A stretch of DNA of 64,000 nucleotides from an uncultured beta proteobacterium. GTDB taxonomy: Bacteria > Pseudomonadota > Gammaproteobacteria > Burkholderiales > Burkholderiaceae_C. The notes below the pieces were generated by a model. It did not search any database. It was not told where the DNA came from and saw nothing but the letters and a program-made list of their open reading frames with translations. The stretch covers positions 28,325 to 92,324 of the forward strand of contig CAWHBZ010000010.1 in the NCBI GenBank assembly GCA_963827645.1, given 5' to 3'. Shown here one piece after another: positions 19,080 through 29,139 of the stretch (positions are counted from its first letter, which is position 1; each line of letters begins with the position of its first letter). A program made the position numbers and the translations under genes.

Positions 19080-21209
19080 ATGTCGCGGGTGCGGGAGTCG
19101 AAGGATGCGCCGGCGCAGTGCCTGGCCGAGCATGAACTGGCGGCCTCGTCGCTCAGCCTGTTGGCTCAACCGGCGCTGTGGCCTGCGCTGCGGCTGGGTC
19201 GCGGCGACGCGGCGCACGACCGGCCCTGGACCACCTACTGGTCGACCCGGCTCGACGCCACCCTGCAGGTAGAACAGGCGCGCAGCCGCTTCGAAGCAGC
19301 GTTCGCTGCGTTCGCCGCGCGCGACGACCGTGTCGGTGAGTTGCTCTGCATCGCCGCGATCATCGAGGGCTTCTACGTCGAAGAGGGCCCGCTCGACCCG
19401 CTCGACCGATGGATCGCAGCACTCGGCGAGCGCTTGCCGGTCGACGGTCACTGGCCGTCCGACGAGGTCGAGGCCACGATCATCGCCAGCGGCGTGGCGA
19501 TCCGTCTGCGCAACCCGTCGCACCCGTTGCTGGCGGCCTGGGCCACGCGCGGTGCCTCGCTGATGCGGCGGTTGAAACCGGGCGCCGCCCGGCTCAAGCT
19601 GGCGACCTTTCTGGCCCAGTACCACCTCTGGCGTGGCGAATTCGCCCGTTGCGGCTTGATCGTCGACGCCATGCCGGGGCTGGCGCTGCATGGCGTGCTG
19701 CCCGGCGAGGCGCTGGTCTGGCTGGACGCGGTGTCCACTTACGCGCGCTACACCGCCCAGCATCAGCGCGCCCGCGAGGCCATCGACGCGGCGCTGCTGC
19801 TGGTGCGTGAGCACGGGCTGCGCCAGCGCGCTTACGCGCTGCACGCCTATGGCGCGTCGGTGGCGTTGGCGGCGCACGACCTGACGCGTGCGCAAACCCA
19901 TGTCGATGCGATGCGTCCGCTGCTCGAAAGCGCTCCGCAAGCCGACCAGACGCACTACTGGCACTACCTGGCCGGGCTGACGCTGCTGCGCGGCGACGTG
20001 CCGGGCGCGATCGAACTGGCTCGTACGGCGCTACACAACTCCGGTGAGATCGGCGGGCCGACGCGTTTGGCCACCCACGCCCTGAGCCTTGGCCAGGCGC
20101 TGCTGCGCGCCGGCGACGACAGCGCTGCGCTGGAATGCTTTGTCAGTGCGCTCGAAACGGCCCGGCAGATGGACGCGGCGCTGCTGAGCTTCACGGCATC
20201 GCTGATGAGCAGCGCCTGCTTGCTGCATCTGGGCCGCACCGCGGATGCAACGCAGGCGCTGCACAACGCCTGGTCCGAAGGCTCCAGACGCGACTTCCGC
20301 GTCACCGCAGGGTGGTGGCTGCCCGACGTGGTGGCCGAAGCGGCGCAGGCGGCGATCGAGCGCGGCATCGAAACCACCTATGTGCGCCGCTTCGTGCGCC
20401 TGCACGGGCTGGCCGGCACCGACCCGGCGCTGGCCGACTGGCCCTGGCCGCTGGTGCTGCGTTCCTTCGGCGAGTTTCAAGCCGTCTTGGGCGAGCAGCT
20501 GCTGACGCGCCAAGCCGGCAAGACAGCGCAACGTCCGCTCGACCTGCTGCGCGCACTGCTCGCGCACGGCACCACCCCGCTGCCGGTGGCCACCGCCATG
20601 GACTGGCTGTGGCCCGACGCCGACCCGGCCGCGCAGCGCAAGTCCTTCGACGTGGCGTTGCTGCGGCTGCGGCGAACGCTCGGCGACGCGAGGCTGTTGC
20701 GTCTGGAAAGCGGCAAGCTGACGCTGGACGAACGCTGGTGCTGGAGCGACGTGGCTGCGCTGCAGCGGCTGCTGCATCACATCGACTCGGCGCATGCTGC
20801 AACGCTGGAACGCCTGCAAGACCTGGCGCGCCGCCTGCTCGACCTGATGCGTGGCCCGTTCCTGGCAGCCGAGGACGCCGACTGGGCGGCGGCGGCACGC
20901 TCGCGCTACAGCCGTCGTTTCGTCTTGGCGGCGTCGCAACTGGCCGCGCTGATCGAACCGCTCGACACCTCGGCCGCAATCGAGCTGTACGAGCGCGCAC
21001 TGGATGTCGAACCGCTGGCCGAATCGTTGAGCCGGCGGTTGATCCGTCTGCATGCCACCCGTGGCGACCGCGCCGAAGCGCTGCGCGCCTGGCAGTCGTG
21101 CTGCACGATGTTGCGCGTGGCAGCGGGACTGGGGCCGTCGCGCGAGACCCGCGCCCTGGCTGCGGAACTGAGCCTGCCGGACCCCGGGATTGAGGGAGCT
21201 CGGCGTTAG
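19080..21209 (+). CDS. transcriptional regulator: N-terminal ~460-aa helical/TPR-like domain followed by SARP-type winged-helix plus BTAD domain (intact 709-aa ORF)
   Basis: C-terminal ..RPLDLLRALLAHGTTPLPVATAMDWLWPDADPAAQRKSFDVALLRLRRTL.. (winged helix). ..RGDRAEALRAWQSCCTMLRVAAGLGPSRETRALAAEL (BTAD). The N-terminal region is Ala/Leu-rich and helical. Confidence 0.65.
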   Translation: MSRVRESKDAPAQCLAEHELAASSLSLLAQPALWPALRLGRGDAAHDRPWTTYWSTRLDATLQVEQARSRFEAAFAAFAARDDRVGELLCIAAIIEGFYVEEGPLDPLDRWIAALGERLPVDGHWPSDEVEATIIASGVAIRLRNPSHPLLAAWATRGASLMRRLKPGAARLKLATFLAQYHLWRGEFARCGLIVDAMPGLALHGVLPGEALVWLDAVSTYARYTAQHQRAREAIDAALLLVREHGLRQRAYALHAYGASVALAAHDLTRAQTHVDAMRPLLESAPQADQTHYWHYLAGLTLLRGDVPGAIELARTALHNSGEIGGPTRLATHALSLGQALLRAGDDSAALECFVSALETARQMDAALLSFTASLMSSACLLHLGRTADATQALHNAWSEGSRRDFRVTAGWWLPDVVAEAAQAAIERGIETTYVRRFVRLHGLAGTDPALADWPWPLVLRSFGEFQAVLGEQLLTRQAGKTAQRPLDLLRALLAHGTTPLPVATAMDWLWPDADPAAQRKSFDVALLRLRRTLGDARLLRLESGKLTLDERWCWSDVAALQRLLHHIDSAHAATLERLQDLARRLLDLMRGPFLAAEDADWAAAARSRYSRRFVLAASQLAALIEPLDTSAAIELYERALDVEPLAESLSRRLIRLHATRGDRAEALRAWQSCCTMLRVAAGLGPSRETRALAAELSLPDPGIEGARR

Positions 21210-21231
21210 TTAGGGGGTCGGCGGGTCGATT

Positions 21232-21251
21232 CGGTAGGGCATCGGTAGGAC
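21232..21251 (+). promoter_or_regulatory. tandem heptamer direct repeat CGGTAGGgcatCGGTAGGac, SARP-type site 2
   Basis: Seen at 21232..21251, 23 bp after the regulator stop and ~60 bp upstream of the secreted-protein gene at 21313. Confidence 0.5.
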
Positions 21252-21312
21252 CGGGGGCGGGACATTGCAGTCAGCCCGCAACCGCAGCGACTTCGATGCG
21301 GCGGCGGTTGGA

Positions 21313-21807
21313 ATGACAACCCTGGAGCATCACCCATGTCAACCCTGCCCCGTCAACCTTCTCGTTCGCACTGCATTGCTGGCTGCCTTGATTGGATTGG
21401 CAGGTGCTCACGCGCCCGCTTTCGCTCTGGACCAGGCGTTCATCGCTGAGAGCTGCCCGATGGCCGCAATGGGCCGAGACCCGCCGTCGGCGATGCGCAA
21501 GTCGGTCTGCGGCGTGGTGAACCCGGGCCTGACCAGCGTGCCGGAGTGGGACACCCTGGAGTTGATGGCGATCGACGGCAATGTGAGTGGCGCTGGCGTG
21601 GTCGCCAGGCTGCAATGCATGAGCCGAGCGTCGGGCGCCCTGTCGACCGTGGCAGTGGTCAAGAGCGTGCCCTCTACCAGCCCGAAGAAGGTCGCGGTGC
21701 GCCTGCCGGCGCCGCTGAACTTCAGTCGTTGCGCCTACATGGTCGTCATCGACGTCGACACCGCCCGCGCCGACACAAAGGCGCTGATGGTGGTGCTGCG
21801 CAAGTGA
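21313..21807 (+). CDS. hypothetical small secreted protein (signal peptide)
   Basis: MTTLEHHPCQPCPVNLLVRTALLAALIGLAGAHAPAFALDQAF... No recognisable family. Confidence 0.5.
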   Translation: MTTLEHHPCQPCPVNLLVRTALLAALIGLAGAHAPAFALDQAFIAESCPMAAMGRDPPSAMRKSVCGVVNPGLTSVPEWDTLELMAIDGNVSGAGVVARLQCMSRASGALSTVAVVKSVPSTSPKKVAVRLPAPLNFSRCAYMVVIDVDTARADTKALMVVLRK

Positions 21808-21849
21808 TGCCCGGCCAGCCTGGCCGCCGAAGCCTCAAGGAGTACCACC

Positions 21850-22575
21850 ATGTTCGCCCGTCCCGCACAGTTCATCGCGCATGCCGCCACGGCGGTCGTC
21901 GCGGCAGCGGCCGGCTGGTTCGCACATGAGCCGGCGCCGCCGACGCCGGCGACGGTTGCAACGCAACCGCCCGCGCCGCTGCAGGCGGCCGTTGCGCCAC
22001 CGGCATCCTCGACGCCGTTGATCGCGGTGGCAAGTGACGGCAACGTCACGCTGCGGGTCGAGCAGCAGCCGCTGCAGTGGGTGCTCGACCAGATCGCGGT
22101 TCAAGCCGGCTGGCCGGACCTGCAGCGGCGCGCGTGTCCGGCGGCTGTGCAGGTGGCTGCCAGCGCCCCAGCCACCCCGCCCGCCGGTCCGGCCGCGGCG
22201 GCCCCGACGCCCGTGCTGGCATGCTCGGAATCAGCGGCGCGGCAGGTCGATCCGGCGCGCGTGCTGCAGGCCATCGAATCCGGCACCGAGGCCGAGCGCT
22301 TTCAGGGGCTGATGCTGGCGCGCTCCGCGGACGTCCCGGTCAACGAGGCCACGCTGAAGCACCTGTTCGAAACCGGCGGATCCGAACGGGTGGAGATCGC
22401 GGCCTTCGAGGCTTATCTGGCCCTGCGCGCCGACCGCCCCGACGAGCTGCGCGCGGCGCTCGAAGCAGCGCAGTACGCGCCCACGGCGACCATCCGGCGC
22501 GACGCCGCGCAGCGCCTGCACGAACTGCGCGAAGTCGAGCGGCTGAACGCGTTGCCGCCGCTCGCCGACCCGTAA
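21850..22575 (+). CDS. hypothetical protein, N-terminal hydrophobic anchor, Pro/Ala-rich linker, C-terminal HEAT-like repeats
   Basis: Strong RBS AAGGAG 8 nt upstream. MFARPAQFIAHAATAVVAAAAGWFA.. (membrane anchor?). ..ATIRRDAAQRLHELREVERLNALPP. Intact. Confidence 0.5.
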   Translation: MFARPAQFIAHAATAVVAAAAGWFAHEPAPPTPATVATQPPAPLQAAVAPPASSTPLIAVASDGNVTLRVEQQPLQWVLDQIAVQAGWPDLQRRACPAAVQVAASAPATPPAGPAAAAPTPVLACSESAARQVDPARVLQAIESGTEAERFQGLMLARSADVPVNEATLKHLFETGGSERVEIAAFEAYLALRADRPDELRAALEAAQYAPTATIRRDAAQRLHELREVERLNALPPLADP

Positions 22576-22715
22576 CCCGAAGGTCTTCGCCGCCACGGCA
22601 CGAGCGCATGGCCACGGCCATGCGGTGACGTCGCGGCGTGTCTTTTCATCGGGCGGCGCGGGGGGCAAAGCGCTGCCGGATCCTCAACCCTTGCCCCACT
22701 ACACAGGAGATCATC

Positions 22716-23256
22716 ATGAGTCATTCAACCAACCAGCGCGTCCGCGCCCTTTGCCGTGCCTCCAGTGCGTTGGCCCTTGCCGGCGCAGCGTCGATCGGCC
22801 GCGCATGCCGACGCCGCCGGCCAGGACTGGAAGGGCTACGCGGGCGTGAACTGCATGGCGCAGAGCAACAACGAGTCCGATCCGGCGCAGCGCGGTCAAC
22901 CAGACCGCGCTCGCCAACACCGGCACCAGCACCGATCACGGTGTTCTGCCCGGTGGTGCGCGACGTGTGCCGAGGGCGGTGACAACCGGGTGACGTGCCG
23001 TGCGGGTGCGCTTCCGCAACCGCAACTCGGCGGTGGCCGGCCGTTGCGAGTTCAGCTCGCACGACATCAACGGCATCAGGATCGACTCCAGGTCGGCCGT
23101 GGTGCCGCCCGGTCGCGGCGATCCGGCTGCAACTCGGCCCGGTGGATGCGCACAACTGGGGCAGCTATGTGCTCAGCTGCCAAGCTGCCGGGGCGCGATG
23201 CCGCCACGAACCTGCAGTCGTACATCGTCAACTACCGGGTCGATGAGGCGCTGTAG
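22716..23256 (+). CDS. hypothetical secreted protein, multiple frameshifts
   Basis: RBS AGGAGA. MSHSTNQRVRALCRASSALALAGAASIG.. (signal peptide). Continues ..DWKGYAGVNCMAQSNNESDPA.. ..VRFRNRNSAVAGRCEFSSHDINGIRIDSRSAVVPP.. ..NLQSYIVNYRVDEAL* across 3 frames. Confidence 0.45.
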
Positions 23257-23436
23257 GACTGGCGCGCCCGCTGGTCATTGGGCGCCGGGCGCACTTCGTG
23301 GTGCCGCCCGGCGCCACTTCTCGTGGGTCGTCGAGTCCCTTTGTCATGCGAACGTCGATGCCGCGCAGCGGCGGAGGTGTCGGGCATGTCCCGTCGCGCG
23401 TGCGCGAGAAGAGCTTGCCGCTCCCGTCCCACCCTC

Positions 23437-26351
23437 TCACCCACACGCGCCGATGTAGCCGCACGTGGTGCAGAACTCGCAGCCGTCCTTGTGGATCAGC
23501 GTCGGGTTGCCGCACTCGGGGCAGCGCGCGCCGGCCATCGGCACGGCGCGCGCCGTTGCGCGGCTTGTCGGCGGGCGTCTGCAGGATGCCCATCGCGTTG
23601 AGCGGAAAGCCCGCTGCATCGAGCACGCCGAGCATCGCGTAGCGGTGGATCACCAGCCGCGCGATGTAGGCCACCGTCGACGGCCAGAGCTGCTGGCGGC
23701 GCTCGCCCGGCACCGGCGCCATGAAGTGGCCGAGCGGCTCGCCGCACGTTGAGCAGCTTGCGCAGCTTCATGCCGATCCACGCCGGGTCGATCACCCGCA
23801 TGTCGAGCGACAGCAGGCGCGCCAGGCCGTCGAGCGCGCGCGGGTAGTTGCCCGAGAAGCCGATCGCGCACGGCCGCGTCACGAGCGCGCCGTCGGTCCG
23901 CCGGCAGCTGCACTTCCTTCAGCGTGAGCGGTGAACGCCTCGCCGCTGGCCGGGTTGGACACGTCCACCGCCCACGCCAGCGTGCCCGAGGTGCCGGTGC
24001 GCGGCTCGTCGCGGCTGAACATCGCGTCGAGCACCGGCGTCGAGCCGCCGCTCCTGCAGCGCGCCGAGCTGCTCGCAGCGCCAGCGGATCACCGCCGCGG
24101 TGGCCGCCACCACGCCGGGGAACAGGCGCGGCTCGCCGTGCGGCGGCAACGGCATCTCGAACGAGCGCTCTTCCGACACCGTGGCCAGCGCGTCGAGCTT
24201 GAGGCTGCAGCCACGCGGCGTCGTTGGCGCGCATGTCCATCGACAGCGTCTTGGCCAGCGCCGCCAGGCCGCGCGGCTGCTCGGCGCCGTTGACCCACAC
24301 CTCGAACGGCAGGTTGCGCGCGAACAGGCCCGACTCCGGCCCCGCCTCGGCGGGCAACTCGCCGACGAACAGCGCGAACTCGCCGAGCGGGTGCTGGATC
24401 ATGTAGCTCCACGCCGGGTTGCCGCCGGGCAAGCTCGGGGCGGCTCGGCCAGCGCAGCGACGCCAGCACCGGCGCCGGCAGGCGCTCGAGCGCGCAGGCG
24501 CTGGTTGGCGTCGTCACCGGCCACCGTTGCGGCGGCGCGGCTGCGGCCGCGTCGACGCTGAGCACCGCGCCGAGCACCGCGTTCGGCCGGTAGGTCGCCA
24601 GGCCCTTCAGGCCCGACTTCCACGCGCTGCAGGTACAGGCCCTGGAAGTCGGCGTACGGATAGTCGGCCGGCACGTTGACCGTCTTGCTGATCGAGGTGT
24701 CGATGAACGGCGCCACCGCGGCCACCATCGCGGCGTGGTCCTCGCGCGCTCATCTCCAGCGCGGTGACGAAGGCGTCGCTCAGCGGCGTCGTCGTCGCCC
24801 TTGAGGTGCCGGTACAGGCGCCAGGCGTGGTCTTCGACCGCGTACTCCTTGAAGCGTGCCGTCGGGCTCGCGCTTGCTTGCCGCGTGTAGCTCCAGCTGA
24901 ACGCCGGCTCGATGCCGTTGCTCGCGTTGTCGGCAAACGCCAGGCTGATGGTGCCGGTGGGCGCGATCGACAGCAGGTGCGAGTTGCGGATGCCCTGCGC
25001 GCGGATGCTTGTCCTTCAGCGCCTGCGGCAGGCGCGACGCGAAGCTGCCGCGCGACAAGTACAGGTCGGCGTTGAACAGCGGGAACGCGCCGCGCTCGCG
25101 CGCCAGGTCGACCGACGCGTCGTAGGCGGCGTCGCGCATCACCTCGGCGATGCGCGCGGCCTCGGCGCGCGCGGCGGCGCTGTCGTAGCGCAGGTCCGAG
25201 CATCACCAGCGCGTCGCCGAGCCCGGTGAAGCCGAGGCCGATGCGCCGCTTGGCGCGCGCCTCGTCGTGCTGCTGCGGCAGCGGCCACACGGTGGACGTC
25301 GAGCACGTTGTCGAGCATGCGCACCGCGACCTTCACCACGTCGACGAAGGCGTCGTCGTCGAAAGCGCGCGTTCGGCTCGAACGGGTCGTGCGACGAAGA
25401 GCGTGAGGTCGATCGAGCCGAGGCAGCAGCAGCCGTAGGCGGGAAGCGGTTGCTCACCGCACGGGTTGGTCGCACTCGATGCGTCTCGCAATAGCCGAGG
25501 TTGTTGTCGGCGTTGATGCGGTCGATGAACAGCACGCCCGGCTCGGCGTGGTCGTAGGTCGAGCGCATGATCTGGTCCCACAGGTCGCGCGCGCGCGGGC
25601 GCGCGGTAGACCCACAGGCCGTCGGCGCGCCGCTGCGCGCCGGCGGCCTTCTGCGCCGCGCTCGGCTCGGCGCGGTGCACCAGCTCGACCTCGAGGTCGT
25701 CCTCGACCGCGCGCATGAAGGCATCGGTCACGCCGACCGAGATGTTGAAGTTGGTGAGCTCGCCGGCGTCCTTGGCGTGGATGAACTCTTCGACGTCGGG
25801 GTGGTCGCAGCGCAGCACGCCCATCTGCGCGCCGCGCCGGCTGCCGGCGGACTCCACCGTTTCGCAGGAGCGGTCGAACACCCGCATGTAGCTCACCGGC
25901 CCCGATGCGCTGCTCTGCGTGGTGCCGACCCAGGCGCCCTTGCGGGCGGATGCGCGAGAAGTCGTAGCCCACGCCGCCGCCGCGGCGCATGGTCTCGGCC
26001 GCTTCGGTGAGCGCGATGTAGATGCCGGGATAGCCTTCTTCGGGCTCGGCGATCGAGTCGCCCACCGGCTGCACGAAGCAGTTGATCAGCGTGGCGCCGA
26101 GCGCCGGTGCCGGCCGCCGAGTCGATGCGCCCGGCGGGGATGAAGCCGCTCCTTTGCGCGTCGAAGAAGCGCCCCTCCCACAGCGTGCGCGTCGCCGGCG
26201 CCTCGACCGCGGCCAGCGCACGCGCCACCCGCGCGCGCACGTCGTCGGCGCTGCGCTCGTCGCCCTTGGCGTACTTTTCGAGCAGCACCTCGTGGCTGAT
26301 CGGCTGTTGCGGCAGCGCCAGTGCCTGGTGCTGGATCGTCGAATCGGACAT
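23437..26351 (-). CDS. nrdJ: class II (adenosylcobalamin-dependent) ribonucleotide reductase NrdJ, ~970 aa, many frameshifts
   Basis: N-terminal [32 protein letters not shown].., ..[51 protein letters not shown].., ..[19 protein letters not shown].., C-terminal zinc ribbon ..[28 protein letters not shown]. Confidence 0.85.
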
Positions 26352-26620
26352 CGTCAAATGCTCCGGACAAGGTGGTGGGCGCGCGCAGGGCGCGCACCCT
26401 GCCATCGAGGGACAACCCGATCAGCGGGCCGCACGGAAACTGTATGGAAAATCAGTATCGCGCGACCCCTGCCGGGCCGCAAGAGCCAGCGCCGTTCGCG
26501 GACTTCGCATGGGGTTGTTCCCCGCGGCTTGACGCATGGGCCGAACCGTGGTCGCGCTGCGTGTTGTCTCGTCGTCATAGAGTTCGCTGTCTTGCCACCC
26601 CATCACGCGGAGCCACCCCG

Positions 26621-27037
26621 ATGAGCGCGAGCGACAACAAGCAACTCCTGCAGGCCGTCTTCGAGGCCATGGCCGTCGGCAACACGCGGCCGTTCGGCGA
26701 GCTGATGGCCGATGACTGCCGCTGGGTCACGCCCGGCCAGTCGGTCTGGTCGGGCGTGTGGCACGGCAAGAAGGCGATGAACGAACAACTGTTCGCGCCG
26801 CTGTACAAGCGTTTCGCCGGCAAGTACACCAGCCACGCCAGCCGTTTCGTCGCCGACGGTGATGTGGTCGTCGTCGAGGCCCGTGGCCAGGCCACGCTGA
26901 AGACCGGCGGGAGCTACGACAACACCTACTGCTTCGTCTGCGAGTTTCGCGACGGCAAGCTGATCCAGGTGACCGAGTACATGGACACCGACCTCGCGGT
27001 GCGCGTGTTGGGCGCGCCGGGCGCGATCGCGGCCTGA
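26621..27037 (+). CDS. SnoaL-like / NTF2-like (ketosteroid isomerase fold) protein
   Basis: MSASDNKQLLQAVFEAMAVGNTRPFGELMADDCRWVTPGQS..GKLIQVTEYMDTDLAVRVLG. Confidence 0.65.
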   Translation: MSASDNKQLLQAVFEAMAVGNTRPFGELMADDCRWVTPGQSVWSGVWHGKKAMNEQLFAPLYKRFAGKYTSHASRFVADGDVVVVEARGQATLKTGGSYDNTYCFVCEFRDGKLIQVTEYMDTDLAVRVLGAPGAIAA

Positions 27038-27117
27038 CGGCGTACGCAATCCTGCCAATCGCACGGAAGCAGCGTCGCGTCTACAACAATGCATCACCAC
27101 ATCGATCGGAGGTTGCC

Positions 27118-27504
27118 ATGGCCGCGCTCACGCAAACGCAAGTCACCTGCATGCTGCCGGTGAAGGATCTCGCCCGCGCACGCCGCTTCTACGAGCAGCA
27201 GCTCGGCCTCGAGCCGGGCGCGGCCAAACCCGACGGCAAGTTCGTCTACCGCTGTGGCGGCACCGAGCTGGCACTGTTCCCGAAGGCCGAGGGCACGAAG
27301 GCCGAGCACACGGCCCTGAGCTTCCGGGTGGCCGACATCGGCCGCGCCGTCGCCGAACTCAAGGGGCGCGGCGTGCGCTTCGCCGACTACGATTTCCCGG
27401 GCCTGAAGACCGTCGAACACGTGTGTGTGCTCGGCTCCGAGAAGGCGGCCTGGTTCGAGGATCCGGAAGGCAATATCCTGTGCCTGCACGAAGACATCGC
27501 CTGA
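27118..27504 (+). CDS. VOC family protein (glyoxalase-like)
   Basis: MAALTQTQVTCMLPVKDLARARRFYEQQLGLEP..TELALFP..WFEDPEGNILCLHE. Intact. Confidence 0.7.
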   Translation: MAALTQTQVTCMLPVKDLARARRFYEQQLGLEPGAAKPDGKFVYRCGGTELALFPKAEGTKAEHTALSFRVADIGRAVAELKGRGVRFADYDFPGLKTVEHVCVLGSEKAAWFEDPEGNILCLHEDIA

Positions 27505-27559
27505 AGCGCGCCGGGATTCAATGCCCGCGCGCACGGCCGCGCGCACGGAGGGCAACGGC

Positions 27560-27953
27560 ATGGAGAACTTGAACTGGTGGGCGATCGTGCTCGCCGCGGT
27601 GTGCTCGTTTCTGCTCGGAGGTCCCTGGTACCGTCGGCGTTGTTCGGCAAGGCCTGGAACCGCGAGGCCAAGAGCAGCCAGCCGGCAGGATCGGGCCACC
27701 GGCCAAGGTGTTCGGCCTGAGCTTCGTGTTTTCGCTGATCGCCGCGGCGGCATTCGCCTGGTGGCTGGGGCCGAAACCGCCGCTGCAAGGCGCGCTGGGC
27801 AGCGGGCTGCTGGTGGGCGCGTGTTTCGTGGCCACCAGCTTCGGCATCAACTACCAGTTCGCCAACCGCAGCACGTTGATGTGGCTGATCGACGGCGGTT
27901 ATCACGTCGCGCAGTTCGTGTTGTTCGGTCTGGTGCTCGGCTTGTGGCACTGA
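27560..27953 (+). CDS. DUF1761-like small membrane protein, one frameshift
   Basis: MENLNWWAIVLAAVCSFLLGGPWY.. then ..FGLSFVFSLIAAAAFAWWLGPK..GINYQFANRSTLMWLIDGGYHVAQFVLFGLVLGLWH*. Confidence 0.55.
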
Positions 27954-27970
27954 GCAGCCCGCAGCCACGG

Positions 27971-28742
27971 CTATTGCGCGAGATAGCCGCCGTCCACCGC
28001 CAGCACATGCCCGGTGATCATCGCCGCCGCCGGGCTGGCGAGGAACAACACGGCCGATGCCACTTCGTGCGGCTCGGCCAGCCGGCCGAGCGGCGTGACG
28101 CTGCGGATGCGCGCCATCAGCTCGGGCGAATCCTGCAATTGGCCGATGAAGCCGGTCTTGGTCCAGCTCGGCGCCACCGCGTTGACGCGGATGCCGCGCG
28201 ACGCCCACTCCACCGCCAGCGCGCGCGTCATCGTGACCAGCCCGCCCTTGGTGACGTGGTACGAGATGTTGGGGTACAGGCCACCGCCCGACAGGCCCAT
28301 GATCGATGCCGTGTTGACGATGCTGCCGCCGCTCGCGGGCATGTGACGCGCCGCTGTGCGCGCGCACACGAACGCAGCCGTCAGGTTGACCGCCACCACG
28401 GCATCCCACTCGGCCAGCGGCAACTCCAGCGAGGCCTTGCGGATCGCGCGGCCGGCGTTGTTGACCAGCACGTCGATGCGCCCGTGTTCGGCCGCGATGG
28501 CGGCGAACATGCGTTCGACGGCCGCTTCATCGGTGACGTCGAGCGTGTGCACCTGCGCGCTGCGGCAGTTGCGCCCGCGCCGCCTGCAACGCCGCGGCAT
28601 CACGATCGAGCAGCACCACCAACGCGCCGGCCTCGGCCATCAACGTGGCGCAGGCCAGCCCGATGCCCTGCGCGCCGCCGGTGATCGCGGCCACACGATC
28701 GTCGAGGCGAAATGCGCGCAGCCCGGCGGCGGACGCCGTCAC
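27971..28742 (-). CDS. SDR-family oxidoreductase (short-chain dehydrogenase), one frameshift
   Basis: N-terminal ..RLDDRVAAITGGAQGIGLACATLMAEAGALVVLLD.. (Rossmann fold). ..IDVLVNNAGRA.. ..NTASIMGLSGGGLYPNISYHVTKGGLVTMTRALAVEWASRGIRVNAVAPSW.. ..ITGHVLAVDGGYLAQ*. GTG start overlaps the upstream stop (GTGA). Confidence 0.8.
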
Positions 28743-29120
28743 AACGACTCCGACGGATCGAAGTCGAGCTCGACCTTGGCGCCGTTGGGGTCGAACGTGA
28801 ACAGCTGCCAGGTGCCCGCGCCGGCCTGCTTGCGCAGGTCGTACTTCAGGCCGCGCTCGTCGAAGCGCGCCTTCACCGCTTTCAGGTCGCTGCCGGTGAA
28901 GGCCATGTGGTCGATCACGCCGGTGCGCGTGGCCGGCATCGGGCGGTCCCAGTAGATGTGCAGCACCGCCTGCTTGCCGCCCGGCGGGTACAGCCACGCG
29001 CCGGGGAAGCCGAGGTCGGGCCGGTGGCCTTCGTCCAGGCCGAGCAGGCCGCAATAGAAGTCGAGCGTGGCCTCGCGGTCTCTCGGCGGTGATGGTGAAG
29101 TGGTTCATGCCGTGGATCAT
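28739..29120 (-). CDS. VOC family protein (glyoxalase-like), frameshifted
   Basis: MIHGMNHFTITAE.. then ..LHIYWDRPMPATRTGVIDHMAFTGSDLKAVKARFDERGLKYDLRKQAGAGTWQLFTFDPNGAKVELDF*. Confidence 0.65.
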
Positions 29121-29139
29121 CGGGATCCTCCTCGGTGTC

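Noticed and set aside
26352-26620. Possible NrdR box or cobalamin riboswitch in the 270-nt nrdJ leader.
   Set aside because: I could not find a convincing 16-bp NrdR palindrome or a B12-box consensus by eye. A covariance-model scan (Rfam RF00174) would be needed.
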